A stretch of 64,000 nucleotides of DNA from Gemmatimonadales bacterium (GTDB lineage Bacteria; Gemmatimonadota; Gemmatimonadetes; Gemmatimonadales; GWC2-71-9), in the NCBI GenBank assembly GCA_037189525.1, contig JBBCJC010000003.1, positions 288,001 through 352,000 on the forward strand, read 5' to 3'. The translations under genes and the position numbers were made by a program. Positions 29,658 through 39,860 of this stretch are shown here, piece by piece; within the stretch, counting starts at the first letter, position 1; each line of letters starts with the position of its first letter. The notes beneath the pieces are model-generated. The model was not told the DNA's origin and did not search any database. It worked only from the letters and a program-made list of their open reading frames with translations.

Positions 29658-30083
29658 TCAGGTCTTGGGAACGAAGAAGAGACCCGACACCCTATTTTGG
29701 CCGTCATAGGCGATTTGCGCAACAAGTTCGGCCTGCTCGAACGTCAGGGGGACCAGCACGACCCGCGCCGGGCCTTGTTCGACCACGCTGGCCGCCCCCG
29801 CGCTCTTGAATGCCCCGACTTGTGCCGTCAGCTGCTTCCAGGCCTCGGCGAGCTTGGCCGCCGGCAGGTGCACGGCCATGGTGGAATCCCAGGACGTCGT
29901 CGCCTGCTCGAACTCGCCGGTTCGAAGCTGTTCCACCAGGCGCTTGGCGCGTTCGATGAGATCCGGGTCCTGTCGGCTGACGGCCGCGGCTGGCCTGATG
30001 GGCTCGTGGCCCGCGAACGCGGCGGGGGAGACGGCCGCGCCGAGTCCGATGATGAGTGCGGCGGCAAGGATCGAGACGTTCAT
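29658..30083 (-). CDS. Secreted DUF3887-like protein
   Basis: Signal peptide; [25 protein letters not shown]....VSGLFF pattern. Confidence 0.7.
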   Translation of the reverse strand: MNVSILAAALIIGLGAAVSPAAFAGHEPIRPAAAVSRQDPDLIERAKRLVEQLRTGEFEQATTSWDSTMAVHLPAAKLAEAWKQLTAQVGAFKSAGAASVVEQGPARVVLVPLTFEQAELVAQIAYDGQNRVSGLFFVPKT

Positions 30084-30280
30084 GACGGCTCCGGCGATGA
30101 AGGGTCTGGCTCCGACGTTTCCTGCCCGCGCGGTCGCCCGCGCCCTGCCTGTGCAAGTGCCTGCTTAAGGGCGTATTCGATCTGCCCGTTCAGGCTGCGG
30201 AACTCATCCGCTGCCCAGCGCTGCAGACTTTCATGCAGCGCCGGGTCGATGCGGATCAGGACCGATTTGCGCTCCGCCAC
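30080..30280 (-). CDS. Arc/ribbon-helix-helix DNA-binding protein
   Basis: [35 protein letters not shown]; typical partner of SPFH genes. Confidence 0.85.
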   Translation of the reverse strand: MAERKSVLIRIDPALHESLQRWAADEFRSLNGQIEYALKQALAQAGRGRPRGQETSEPDPSSPEPS

Positions 30281-30289
30281 GATCGACGA

Positions 30290-31162
30290 TCAGTTGTACA
30301 GTGTGCCTGCGTTGACGACGGGCTGGGTTGCCCGTTCGCCGCACAGCACGACCAGCAGGTTCGACACCATGGCGGCCTTGCGCTCGTCGTCCAGCTCGAC
30401 CACCCCCCGCGCGGAGAGCATCTCGAGGGCGTTCTCGACCATTCCGACGGCACCTTCGACGATCTTGTACCGCGCCGCGACGATCGCCGCCGCCTGCTGC
30501 CGCTGGAGCATGGCCTGCGCAATTTCCTGGGCATACGCCAGGTGGCTGATCCGGGTTTCGAGGACATGCACCCCGGCCTTTTCGAGCCGGTCCTGCACGT
30601 GCGTCTCGAGCAGCTTGGCCACCTCGGCGGGACTGCCACTCAGCGACGCTTCGTCGCCGTGGGAGTCGTAGGGATACGAGGACGCCAGTTGCCGCAGCGC
30701 GGCTTCACTCTGGACCCGGACGAAGTTCTCGTAGTCGTCGACCTCAAACAGGGCATGGGCCGTTTCGACCACCTGCCAGACGACCACCGCGCCGATTTCG
30801 ATCGGGTTGGAGTGGCTGTCGTTCACCTTGAGCTTGGCGGTCTCGAAGTTCCGAACCCGGAGCGACAGCTTGTGTTTGACCGCAAAGGGATTGGTGAACC
30901 AGATCCCGGCAGTCTTACTCGAGCCGGTGTACCGGCCGAACAGGGTCAGCACGCGGGCCTCGTTCGGGTTCACCACGAAGATGCCGCCCATCAGGATCAG
31001 GGTGATTACGAACCCGATGACGCCGACCACCACGAGGGGTATGTTCGCCCTGGTAATCCCGGACACGAACGCCCAGCCAGCCCCACCGAGGGCCGCCAGC
31101 AACAGGACCAGCATGAGAAGTCCGGATGGAAGGTGTACTTCGCGTTCTTCGAATGTCGCCAT
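30290..31162 (-). CDS. SPFH (band 7) domain membrane protein
   Basis: 2 [45 protein letters not shown]. Confidence 0.92.
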   Translation of the reverse strand: MATFEEREVHLPSGLLMLVLLLAALGGAGWAFVSGITRANIPLVVVGVIGFVITLILMGGIFVVNPNEARVLTLFGRYTGSSKTAGIWFTNPFAVKHKLSLRVRNFETAKLKVNDSHSNPIEIGAVVVWQVVETAHALFEVDDYENFVRVQSEAALRQLASSYPYDSHGDEASLSGSPAEVAKLLETHVQDRLEKAGVHVLETRISHLAYAQEIAQAMLQRQQAAAIVAARYKIVEGAVGMVENALEMLSARGVVELDDERKAAMVSNLLVVLCGERATQPVVNAGTLYN

Positions 31163-31182
31163 ATCGGGCGTCCAGGTTGGGG

Positions 31183-31211
31183 TGATACCGATATGATATC
31201 ACTTTGCTATC
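31183..31211. promoter_or_regulatory. Triple phased operator, probable RHH protein binding site
   Basis: TGATACC (31183), TGATATC (31194), TGCTATC (31205) at exact 11-bp spacing upstream of the SPFH operon. Confidence 0.6.
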
Positions 31212-31344
31212 CGAAGGTCAATCGAGCTGGTTTCCAACGTTTCAGGCCGTTTCCGAGTCCAAATGGTCCGAATACCTCGATGGGGACCTTTGTCTGGCTG
31301 CTGCCACTTTGCCTGTTAAGCCTGCGGTGTCGCTGCACCCTGCA

Positions 31345-31860
31345 GTGAACCCGACCGACGACGTGGCGCTGGCCGCGCGGGGAGACGCCGAGGCGTTCGA
31401 GCGGCTGTATCACGCGCATGTGGCCCGGGTCCATGCGCTGGCGCGGTGGCTGGTCGACGCGGGCGAGGTGGAGGACGCCGTGCAGGAAGTTTTCATCCGG
31501 GTCTGGCAGAAGATCGGCACCTTTGCCGGGCAGAGCGCCTTTGGGACCTGGCTCCACCGGGTGGCGGTCAACGCGATGCTCCGGCGCCGGCAGGTCGCGG
31601 GACGCCATCGGTCGCGCCACACCGGCGACGAACTGGTGCTCGACTCGATTGCCGCGCCGGCGCACCATCCGGATCTGCGGGTGGCTATCGAGCGGGCGGT
31701 GGACACCCTGCCTGCCGGAGCGCGAGAAATCTTCGTCCTCCATGACATGGAGGGGTTCAAGCATGATGAAATCGCGTCGCTCCTGGGGATCGACCCGGGA
31801 ACGTCGCGATCCCAGTTGCACCGGGCGCGCATGATGTTGCGTCGCGTCCTGGCGGCGTGA
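31345..31860 (+). CDS. ECF RNA polymerase sigma factor
   Basis: GDAEAFERLY, EDAVQEVF, FGTWLHRVAVN, GFKHDEIA..GTSRSQLHRAR; start approximate (GTG). Confidence 0.92.
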   Translation: MNPTDDVALAARGDAEAFERLYHAHVARVHALARWLVDAGEVEDAVQEVFIRVWQKIGTFAGQSAFGTWLHRVAVNAMLRRRQVAGRHRSRHTGDELVLDSIAAPAHHPDLRVAIERAVDTLPAGAREIFVLHDMEGFKHDEIASLLGIDPGTSRSQLHRARMMLRRVLAA

Positions 31861-31874
31861 GTGAGGAGGAACTG

Positions 31875-32546
31875 ATGAATGAATCGTTGCATGCCGAGTG
31901 GACCGACCTGTTGTCGGACTATCTCGACGACGAACTCGATGCCGTGACGCGACGTCGGGTGGCCGACCACTTGGCGGGGTGTGCCGCGTGCCGGGATGTG
32001 CTCGCCGATCTCGAGCAGATCGTCGTGGCCGCACCGCACTACCGCGGTACCGCGCCGGGACGGGATCTCTGGGCGGGTATCGCGAGTACCATCGAGGCCG
32101 ATCGGGTGCGGCCGCTTCCCGTCGGCCGGCGCTGGTTCGGTGCTTCGACCCGTCGCCTGCTGGCGGCCGGGATCACGCTGGCGGTGTTGGGCGGCGGCGG
32201 GGGATACTGGCTGGCGCAACGGGGGCAGCCGGTCGCCGCCGTGCCGACGCCCGCAGAGCCGGTAGCCGGGCATGTCATGCCGGCCGGCTTCGACAGTGAG
32301 GCCTATGACCGCGCGGTGGCCGAGTTGGAGGACGTGCTCGTGGCCAACCGGGATCGTCTCGATACGGCAACGGTGCGGGTCGTCGAAGAAAGCCTGCGCA
32401 CCATCGACGCGGCCATTGCTGATGCGCGCCTGGCAATCCAACGCGACAGCGCGAACGCGTATCTCAACGGTCAGATCGCGGCGCATCTGCGGAAGAAGGT
32501 AACGGTCCTCCGGCTGGCCGCCCGAGCACTCGGCTCGGAAACTTAA
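31875..32546 (+). CDS. zf-HC2 anti-sigma factor
   Basis: GAGGAGG RBS; LSDYLDDEL..HLAGCAAC; TM helix; helical C-terminus. Confidence 0.85.
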   Translation: MNESLHAEWTDLLSDYLDDELDAVTRRRVADHLAGCAACRDVLADLEQIVVAAPHYRGTAPGRDLWAGIASTIEADRVRPLPVGRRWFGASTRRLLAAGITLAVLGGGGGYWLAQRGQPVAAVPTPAEPVAGHVMPAGFDSEAYDRAVAELEDVLVANRDRLDTATVRVVEESLRTIDAAIADARLAIQRDSANAYLNGQIAAHLRKKVTVLRLAARALGSET

Positions 32547-32552
32547 GGACGG

Positions 32553-33542
32553 ATGATGGTCATGATTCCATTGACGATGGTGCTTCTCTCGACGCTTGCG
32601 GCGCAACAGCCGCGCTTCGATACCGATACCACGGTTGCGGTGCCGCAAGGTGCGCGACTGCGATTGCAGAACCAGAACGGAGACATCGTGATCCGTACCT
32701 GGAATCGGCAGGAAATGCGGATTCAGGCGATGCACGCGGCTCGTGCCCGGGTCGAAGTCGACGTTCGGGGCCAGTCGGTCGACCTCCGGGTGCGCGACCG
32801 GATGGGAATGCCGCGCGCGGTGGACTACGAACTCACGGTGCCGGTATCGATGGCGCTCGATGTCGGCGGGATGAGTACGGAGATTTCGATCGACGGGATT
32901 CGGGCGCCGGTCAAAGCCAATACCCTGGACGGCAACATCACGTTGCGGGGCGGTGCCGAGTCGATCCAACTGACGGCGTTGTCCGGTCGAATCGACGTTT
33001 CCGGCTCGCGCGGCCGGCTCGAGGTGCGGGCCGTCTCGAACGATGTGGCGGTCAACGACGCGGAAGGCGAACTGATCGTGGAGAGCGTCAGCGGCAATAT
33101 CGACATGCGCAACATCGTGTCCCGATCGGTCGATGCGCAGGTAGTGAGCGGCAATGTGATCTTTCAGGGGCCGATCGACGATCGCGGCACCTATACGATG
33201 GTGTCGCACAGCGGCAACGTCACCCTGGGCCTGCCCGACAACACGAATGCCACGATCTCCGCTCTGGTATCGAGCGGAACCGTGCGATCGAGCTTCACGA
33301 TTTCGGGCGAGCGTCAGAGCCGCCGGATGACCCGGTATCGGTTGGGAGCGGGCACCGCATCCATCGACGTCGAAACCTTCAGCGGCAATGTTCGGTTGCT
33401 GCGGACCTCGGAACTCGACCCGCCTCGCGCCAGTCGCCGCAATCGGGATCGGGGCCGGCCGGATCACGAGGGGTATGGTCATGATGCGGAGGGTCCTTCG
33501 GCAAACATGTGGGGCGTCGACAACGGGAGAAATGAGCCATGA
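32553..33542 (+). CDS. DUF4097 beta-strand-repeat exported protein
   Basis: Signal peptide; repeated SG[N/R]I/V motifs; DYELTVP. Confidence 0.82.
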   Translation: MMVMIPLTMVLLSTLAAQQPRFDTDTTVAVPQGARLRLQNQNGDIVIRTWNRQEMRIQAMHAARARVEVDVRGQSVDLRVRDRMGMPRAVDYELTVPVSMALDVGGMSTEISIDGIRAPVKANTLDGNITLRGGAESIQLTALSGRIDVSGSRGRLEVRAVSNDVAVNDAEGELIVESVSGNIDMRNIVSRSVDAQVVSGNVIFQGPIDDRGTYTMVSHSGNVTLGLPDNTNATISALVSSGTVRSSFTISGERQSRRMTRYRLGAGTASIDVETFSGNVRLLRTSELDPPRASRRNRDRGRPDHEGYGHDAEGPSANMWGVDNGRNEP

Positions 33543-34450
33543 GAGTCGGAGTCGCGTTGGTTGCGATGGGCACCCTGGGGGCCGCGGCCAACCTTGGTGC
33601 GCAGGATTTTACCTTCAGTCGGAACCTGGCGGAAGGACAGCGGTTTGCCCTCCGGAACATCGTCGGAGATGTCCGGGTGGAAGGGACGAGCGGCCGGACC
33701 GTTCAGGTCGAGGCGGTCAAGCGTGAGGGCCGGTATGGCGACCCTGCGGATGTCGAGATCCGAACCGTCGATATCGAGGGTGGCGTCGCCATCTGTGTCT
33801 ACTACCCCGGGCAATATTCGCGGAACGATCGGGGCCGGAATGATCGCGATGATCGCGATGATCGTGACGACCGTCGCAATCGGAACCGGGATAACCGGGA
33901 TAACAACGTCTGCAGCCGGGACGGGCGTTGGGGTGGCAATGATCGGAACGACACCCGGGTCGACTTCGTGATCAAGGTGCCCGCCGGGCTCCGGCTCGAT
34001 CTCAAGACGGTCTCCGGTGACGTCTGGGGTCGCGGTCTGCGCGGCAACCTCGATCTCTCCACCGTCTCCGGGCATCTGGAATTGGTCGATGCCACGGCCG
34101 ATGTGCTGGAGGCCTCATCGGTGAGCGGCAGCGTCGACCTCGAACGTGTCACGGCACGAGAGGTGAGCGCCGAGACGGTCAGCGGCAACGTGAGCTTTAC
34201 CGGCTCGATCGAGGGGAAGGGGAGCTACGATTTCAAAACGCTGAGCGGTAACGTCCTGTTGACGCTGCCTCGGCAGCCCGACGCAAGCGTCACCGCGAGA
34301 ACCTTCAGCGGCCGGGTGCGCTCGGAGTTTCCGCTCGAGCAGGAAACCCGGCGCCGCCGGAATCGAGCCACCGGAACCTGGGGCAACGGTGGCGCGCAGC
34401 TTGATCTGGAATCGTTCTCGGGTAACATCACCATCCGTACTGCCCGCTAA
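33539..34450 (+). CDS. DUF4097 beta-strand-repeat exported protein with R/D/N low-complexity insert
   Basis: ATGA overlap; TVSGD/SVSGS/TFSGR repeats; DFVIKVP. Confidence 0.82.
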   Translation: MRVGVALVAMGTLGAAANLGAQDFTFSRNLAEGQRFALRNIVGDVRVEGTSGRTVQVEAVKREGRYGDPADVEIRTVDIEGGVAICVYYPGQYSRNDRGRNDRDDRDDRDDRRNRNRDNRDNNVCSRDGRWGGNDRNDTRVDFVIKVPAGLRLDLKTVSGDVWGRGLRGNLDLSTVSGHLELVDATADVLEASSVSGSVDLERVTAREVSAETVSGNVSFTGSIEGKGSYDFKTLSGNVLLTLPRQPDASVTARTFSGRVRSEFPLEQETRRRRNRATGTWGNGGAQLDLESFSGNITIRTAR

Positions 34451-34469
34451 CGTCTGCCGGTGGGCTCGC

Positions 34470-34499
34470 TCCGGTCGTCCGCCTCGGCGGGCGGCCGGA
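34470..34499. terminator. GC-rich hairpin between convergent genes
   Basis: TCCGGTCGTCCGCC-tc-GGCGGGCGGCCGGA; no clear U-tract. Confidence 0.35.
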
Positions 34500-34619
34500 C
34501 GCCACACCGGGCTCCGAAGTGACATTGCGAAGCAAGAGACCAATCGCGTGCGCCCATCGCCTCGAGGTGAGGCGAAGCCCATTGCACAATCGACATGACG
34601 GTTGCTGCGTAACGGGCCC

Positions 34620-35717
34620 TCAGCGCGGTGTGATCAATGCCTTGAGCACCGTTTGCTGCTCGACCGCCCGAAGCGCCTCGCCCGCCCGCGTCAGATCGTA
34701 GCGGGCCGACACCATCTCCGCCCACGGCACCCGATCCTGAAACCGGGCGGCAATTCTCACTGCGCGATGGAAGTGCGAGAAATCGGATCCCCAGCAGCCG
34801 CGGATCTCGACGTGCTTCCGATTGATCTGCGTGTGCGGATTGATCGCCACCGGGCCATGGTCGGTGTACTGTCCCACGACGACGACTCGGCCCCCGTCGC
34901 GCACCAGGTCGAGCGCCTGCGGTACGGCTTCGGGGCGTCCGGCTGCTTCGATGACCACATCCACGCCTCGGCCGCCGGTCAGCGCGCGAACCGCCTCCAT
35001 CCGCTCCTCGGGCGTGTGCGAGAGGCTCAGCGTGTGGGTCGCCCCCATCCGGCGGGCAAACGCGAGGCGATCGTCCGGCGCGCCGACGGCGATGATGGTG
35101 TCCGCCCCCGACAGCGCAGCCAGCGCCACGACCGATTGCCCCACCGGTCCCACGCCCAGCACCGCGACGCTCTGCCCCAGCCGAAGCTCGGCGCGGTCGA
35201 GCGCATGGATCGAGGTGGTCAGTCCGCAGCCGCCGCCGATGAAGGTCTCGGGGGCCAGGGTCTCGGGCAGGCGGATCATCTTGACGCCGGGCTTCATCCA
35301 CAGATTGTCGGCCCAGCCGCCTAACGGTCCGTCGTGGGCGCCATAGGTGATGCCGTAGACTTTCCGATGCGGGCATCGGGTGGTCTGCTTGGCTACCAGG
35401 CACTGATAGCAGGCGTTGCAGGTTTCGTGGACATCGAGGAACGTCACCACGTCACCCTCGCGGAAGGGCATGCCGTCGAGATCGGCAATCGGGCCGCCCA
35501 GGTCCACGATCCGGCCGACCGATACATGCCCGGGAATCAGGGGATAGGGTACCCCGGCCAGGCGTCCATGGTGCAGGTGGACATCGGTGCCGCAGACCTC
35601 GGAATACAAGGTTTCGAGGAGAGCCGCTCCCGGCGCGAGCGCCGGAATCGGGATCTCGGTTAGTTCGACTGCTTGGTCTGGAGCGGGGATGACGGCGGCA
35701 CGACAGAATCGGGACAT
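34620..35717 (-). CDS. Zinc-binding medium-chain alcohol dehydrogenase
   Basis: VCGTD, GHV, structural CNACYQC..C, GVGPVG NAD-binding motif. Confidence 0.9.
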   Translation of the reverse strand: MSRFCRAAVIPAPDQAVELTEIPIPALAPGAALLETLYSEVCGTDVHLHHGRLAGVPYPLIPGHVSVGRIVDLGGPIADLDGMPFREGDVVTFLDVHETCNACYQCLVAKQTTRCPHRKVYGITYGAHDGPLGGWADNLWMKPGVKMIRLPETLAPETFIGGGCGLTTSIHALDRAELRLGQSVAVLGVGPVGQSVVALAALSGADTIIAVGAPDDRLAFARRMGATHTLSLSHTPEERMEAVRALTGGRGVDVVIEAAGRPEAVPQALDLVRDGGRVVVVGQYTDHGPVAINPHTQINRKHVEIRGCWGSDFSHFHRAVRIAARFQDRVPWAEMVSARYDLTRAGEALRAVEQQTVLKALITPR

Positions 35718-35719
35718 GA

Positions 35720-36553
35720 TCAGGCTGCTAGCAGTTCGAGGTGGACGCCATGGGCTTCGCTATCGGCAATCAGCACCGACCGGCGGCCAAAGACCGTATG
35801 GGGCACGGACTGCTCGTCGAGCAGGCGCCGCGCGGCGTCGAGGCTGCGCACCGCGACCGTCAGGCCCAGTCCCCGTGTCTCGGCCAATGACTCGACCGGC
35901 CGGTCCAGCCGATGCGCAGCATAGGCCGGGGAGACGACCCAGATGCGGGTGCCCAGGAGATCGAGCGCAATTCCACCGGGGTGCGGATGCATGCTGGCCC
36001 GGCCCAGCAGGCGATCGTAGATCGGAGAGATCGCGGCGGGGTCGGGGTGAACGACGGTGAGGGCCACGACCTCCGTTGCGGTGTTGGCGTGTCGCTGCCA
36101 CTCCGGCCGCCAGACGAATTCGGGGGTATGATGCTGGCAGATGAATCCCGGCAGCGCCGGCGTTGCCTCGGGTGGCAGCTGGGTGATGGTGAACTTCGCC
36201 TCGACGGTCGACTGACCGAGCCGGACCGGGCGGCTGAAGTCGAGCAGGTCCGCCGCCGCGATCCCTCGGCTGCGGAGGGTGGTTCGGGTATGCGCCGCAT
36301 CCCGGGAGCCGTAGGCAATGCCCGCCAGCTGCTCCCCCGCGGCCAACATGTTCTGCCACCGCTGATTCTCGGCCCGCGGCTCGACCACGGTCAGCAACTC
36401 GAAGTACGTCCGCCCCAGCATGACGGTGTGATTGGCGGTGCCAAGTTTCGGGTGGCCCCCGCGCGCGGTGAGCGTAAAGCCGAGCCGGCGATAGGCCGCG
36501 GCGGCCCGATCGAGGTCCCGGACGGCGAGCACGGCATGATCGAAGTGGAGCAT
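35720..36553 (-). CDS. VOC / glyoxalase-like (Glyoxalase_3) family protein
   Basis: DHAVLAVRDL..LGF...GGHPKLGTAN..YFELL; WQRHANTA. Confidence 0.85.
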   Translation of the reverse strand: MLHFDHAVLAVRDLDRAAAAYRRLGFTLTARGGHPKLGTANHTVMLGRTYFELLTVVEPRAENQRWQNMLAAGEQLAGIAYGSRDAAHTRTTLRSRGIAAADLLDFSRPVRLGQSTVEAKFTITQLPPEATPALPGFICQHHTPEFVWRPEWQRHANTATEVVALTVVHPDPAAISPIYDRLLGRASMHPHPGGIALDLLGTRIWVVSPAYAAHRLDRPVESLAETRGLGLTVAVRSLDAARRLLDEQSVPHTVFGRRSVLIADSEAHGVHLELLAA

Positions 36554-36657
36554 CGTGGTCGTATTATTGAGGTGCCGGGCAATCTATCCCCGGCGGTCGT
36601 GGCTTGATACCGTGATCGAGCCCGCCGACCTTTCGGCTCCCGTTCTGAGGAGGCAGC

Positions 36658-37017
36658 GTGACTCGGCATTTGGCCAATCCCCACAAGATTCAGCACAAGA
36701 TGACAACGACCGCCCTGGTGCTCGAGGGCTATCGGGTCGTCGAGACCCTCGGCGTCGTGCTTGGCATCACGGTTCGATCGCGGTCGATCGTCGGGTTTGC
36801 GCTCGCCTCGTTCGAAACGATCCGGGGCGGTCGGATCAAGCGCTTCGTCGAACTGTGTGAACGCACTCGCGCCGAAGCCTTCGAACTGATGATCGAGCAC
36901 GCGGAACAGCACGGTGCCAACGCCATCCTGGCGGTGCGCTACGACGCCACCGAAGTGATGCACGGTGTCACGGAAGTCCTCTGCTATGGCACGGCAGTGC
37001 TCGTCGAGCCCGAGTAA
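36658..37017 (+). CDS. YbjQ/UPF0145 family protein
   Basis: GAGGAGG RBS; TTT..LEGYRV...LGVV.G, GANAILAVRYD, LCYGTAV. Confidence 0.9.
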   Translation: MTRHLANPHKIQHKMTTTALVLEGYRVVETLGVVLGITVRSRSIVGFALASFETIRGGRIKRFVELCERTRAEAFELMIEHAEQHGANAILAVRYDATEVMHGVTEVLCYGTAVLVEPE

Positions 37018-37117
37018 GACGTGTGCGTTCGTTTGCTCCGGATTGGGGTGATTCTGGTACCGCTGGCCTGACCGGGGCAGAATATCATGGACGTATTCCC
37101 GGGCGTGGAGTGCGTCG

Positions 37118-38656
37118 GTGTTGTCACGGATTCGGTCAGCAGCAGTGCTCGGCATCGATGCGTATCCGGTGGAGGTGGAAGTGCACCTCGCGCCGGGGCT
37201 GCCTTCCTTCACGACGGTCGGGCTGCCCCAGGGCGCCGTCAAAGAGGGCCGTGAGCGGGTCGCCTCGGCCATCGTCAACTCGGGATTCGAAGTTCCCCTC
37301 AAGCGGATCATCACGAACCTTTCGCCCGCCGACGTGCCAAAAGCGGGGTCGGCATTCGACCTGCCCACGGCGTTAGGCATTCTCGCTGCCAGCGGGCAGA
37401 TCAACCCGATCGACCTTTCCGAAGGTCTCTGCTTCGGTGAATTGGGCCTCGAGGGCGACTTGCGACCGTTGCGCGGCACCCTCTCACTCGTGGCATGCGC
37501 CAAGCAGGTCGGTGCGCAATGGGTCGTGTTGCCGGAACCGAACCAGCATGAGGGGGCGCTGGTCGACGGCATCCGAATCCTCGGCGCTCGAACCCTGCGC
37601 GACGTGGTTGCGTACCTGGAGGGCGGCCCGGAGTCGATGCCGGTGGTGGAGGCGGCCGCAACTCCGATGGTTCGGTCGCCCGACGATGCCGATTTTGCCG
37701 AGGTACGCGGCCAGCGTGCCGCCAAGCGGGCTCTGGAGGTGGCGGCCGCTGGCGGTCACAACGTTCTCATGGTCGGGCCGCCGGGCAGCGGTAAGACGAT
37801 GCTGGCGCGCCGGCTGCCCAGCGTGCTGCCGGCACTCGATTCGGAGGAAGCGCTGGAGGTCACCAGAATCCACAGCGTGGCCGGACTGCTGCCGGCCTGG
37901 GGAGGTCTGGTAACCGCGCGACCGTTCCGGGCGCCGCACCACACCGTCAGTGATGCCGGGATGTCGGGTGGTGGCCAGCACCCGCGCCCGGGAGAGGTGA
38001 GCCTGGCCCATCACGGCGTTCTGTTTCTGGATGAACTGCTCGAGTTCCGCCGCAACGTGCTCGAAGTGCTGCGGCAGCCGCTCGAAGACGGCCACGTCAC
38101 GCTGTCTCGCGCCGCGATCAGTGTGAACTATCCCGCCCGGTTCATGCTGGCTGCCGCCATGAATCCGTGCCCTTGCGGGTTTCTGGATGATCCTGTCAAA
38201 ACGTGTCTCTGCTCACCGGATCGGATCCGATCGTACCGGGCCAGGCTCTCAGGGCCGCTCTACGACCGGATCGACTTTCACGTTCCGGTGCCGGCGCTGG
38301 CTTGGCACGACCTGGCCGACGCGACCCCGCAGGAGTCGAGCGCTGCGATTCGTTCCAGGGTCGAGGCGGCTCGCGTCCGCCAGCGGGAACGGTTGCGGGG
38401 CAGGCGAGGGGTGCGCACCAATGCCCACCTGCACGCCCGGGACATCGATCGCTGGTGTCGTCCCGATGTAGAGGGGCGACGGCTGCTCGAGGCCGCCATG
38501 CATCGGATGGGGTGGTCGGCCCGGGCCTACACCCGGGTACTCAAGGTCGCCCGAACCATCGCGGACCTCGAAGGAGAGGACACGGTCCGGGCGCCACACG
38601 TTGCGGAGGCAGTGCAGTACCGGGTGCTCGACCGAGCACCCCGGCCCGACGCCTAA
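37118..38656 (+). CDS. comM: YifB/ComM family Mg-chelatase-like AAA+ ATPase
   Basis: NLSPADVPKAGSAFDL, GPPGSGKT, RPFRAPHH, PGEVSLAHHGVLFLDE, NPCPCG. Confidence 0.93.
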   Translation: MLSRIRSAAVLGIDAYPVEVEVHLAPGLPSFTTVGLPQGAVKEGRERVASAIVNSGFEVPLKRIITNLSPADVPKAGSAFDLPTALGILAASGQINPIDLSEGLCFGELGLEGDLRPLRGTLSLVACAKQVGAQWVVLPEPNQHEGALVDGIRILGARTLRDVVAYLEGGPESMPVVEAAATPMVRSPDDADFAEVRGQRAAKRALEVAAAGGHNVLMVGPPGSGKTMLARRLPSVLPALDSEEALEVTRIHSVAGLLPAWGGLVTARPFRAPHHTVSDAGMSGGGQHPRPGEVSLAHHGVLFLDELLEFRRNVLEVLRQPLEDGHVTLSRAAISVNYPARFMLAAAMNPCPCGFLDDPVKTCLCSPDRIRSYRARLSGPLYDRIDFHVPVPALAWHDLADATPQESSAAIRSRVEAARVRQRERLRGRRGVRTNAHLHARDIDRWCRPDVEGRRLLEAAMHRMGWSARAYTRVLKVARTIADLEGEDTVRAPHVAEAVQYRVLDRAPRPDA

Positions 38657-39057
38657 CGATCGGTCAAGTCGACTGTCAGGCGGAGTCGGTACTGATCCGG
38701 TCCGATCGATCCGGAAACGGTACGGAGCGGAAGGAGGTCGAGCAGGCGGATCCGATAGTTGTCATCGGCCCACGCCGTCGGCAGCGGACTGTTCACCAGA
38801 ATCGGGTCCGGCGCCCCGCCGCCGAAAATCTCGAGTTCGATCCCGGCTTGTCCTTCGGTAACGCAGGCGGCATCGATCGGGCACCGCGAGTCGGCGACGA
38901 CGCGCCGAAACCCGATGATCAGCGGAGTGCCCGCCACGCGAACACTCTGGTTCGGGGTCAGTTCGAACTCCTGGCCGAGTGCAACTTCCTGCGATTCGGT
39001 GCCGAGGCAGGCGCCAAGAGCGAGCGTTGCAGCCAGAATGAGGGTCGTGAACTTCAT
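38653..39057 (-). CDS. Hypothetical lipoprotein
   Basis: MKFTTLILAATLALGA-C; DSRCPIDAACV..G.A motif seen in small secreted proteins. Confidence 0.75.
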   Translation of the reverse strand: MKFTTLILAATLALGACLGTESQEVALGQEFELTPNQSVRVAGTPLIIGFRRVVADSRCPIDAACVTEGQAGIELEIFGGGAPDPILVNSPLPTAWADDNYRIRLLDLLPLRTVSGSIGPDQYRLRLTVDLTDR

Positions 39058-39341
39058 GGGCCTGCAATATCCTTCTCGAATGAAAACCGGCCACTGATGC
39101 TCGAGGGCCGGTTCTCTTGGGCATTGAGCTGAGAACTGCATGGTTACGAGGGTACGTAATAGCAACGACCGTACCAGGTTTGGCGGGGCCTAAGTTCATG
39201 TCAGGACACGGCGTTAGGCCGAAACTGTGTTGTTCTGACATACGGCCGCGACACGGGTGTGCGGCGGCCGCGGCCTTTGCAGATTTTCCGACCAACGGGG
39301 CGCCCCAAATTGGCTCTGACGCTACCTAACGAAGGGACCGC

Positions 39342-39860
39342 TCAGGGCGCCTCGGAGAATGCCGTCCGCATCCGTTCGACGATCGCCAGCTCGAGGTTCC
39401 CGGTCGTCGCGCAGACGACGCGATCGTTACGCCCGCCCGGCACATCCACGGCGTCGGCGGTAACCTCGAGGCTGAGTTGTGCTTTGTCGGGGCCGGCCGA
39501 CGTGATCCGGCTGTGGAAGTTCAGATACACGTACCAACCGTCGGCGTTAGGCCCCGTCAGACCCATGCCGCAGGAGAAGTAGCGGGACAGCGGTGCCTTG
39601 CCCATCCGGCGCACGAGACGGTGACGCACCATGGCCACCTGCCGGGGCGCCGTCTGGTCGTCTTTGACCTTGAGGCCCAGGTCATCCAGGGTCTTGAGCA
39701 GGACTTTATGGACCGAGTCCGCCGGACCATTGACGGCACCGCTGGTCCGACCCAGGTCACGGTTGAAGTTGAAATTGCCCCACTCGGTCCGAGCCGTTTC
39801 CTGAGCGGCCAAGGTGCCGGCCGTCAGCAGGGCCGCGCCAGCTGCAATGAGTCCACGCAT
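39342..39860 (-). CDS. Hypothetical secreted protein
   Basis: GGAGGGAG RBS; signal peptide; YFSCG and CATTGNLE Cys pair. Confidence 0.7.
   Translation of the reverse strand: MRGLIAAGAALLTAGTLAAQETARTEWGNFNFNRDLGRTSGAVNGPADSVHKVLLKTLDDLGLKVKDDQTAPRQVAMVRHRLVRRMGKAPLSRYFSCGMGLTGPNADGWYVYLNFHSRITSAGPDKAQLSLEVTADAVDVPGGRNDRVVCATTGNLELAIVERMRTAFSEAP

Noticed and set aside
30080..30280. Toxin-antitoxin antitoxin (HicB/ParD-like)
   Set aside because: No adjacent toxin; the SPFH-RHH pairing and upstream operator fit a simple regulator
33820..33905. Short tandem repeats as CRISPR or phase-variation tract
   Set aside because: In-frame 9-bp units encoding an R/D/N loop; no spacers and no cas genes
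37118..38656. Mg-chelatase / photosynthesis gene, or mobile-element insertion site
   Set aside because: Motifs are those of ComM/YifB, not BchI/ChlI; the gene is intact and no integrase is present
39186..39226. Hammerhead ribozyme suggested by a stem followed by GAAAC
   Set aside because: The required CUGANGA core is absent immediately 5' of the stem (reads TTGGCGG)
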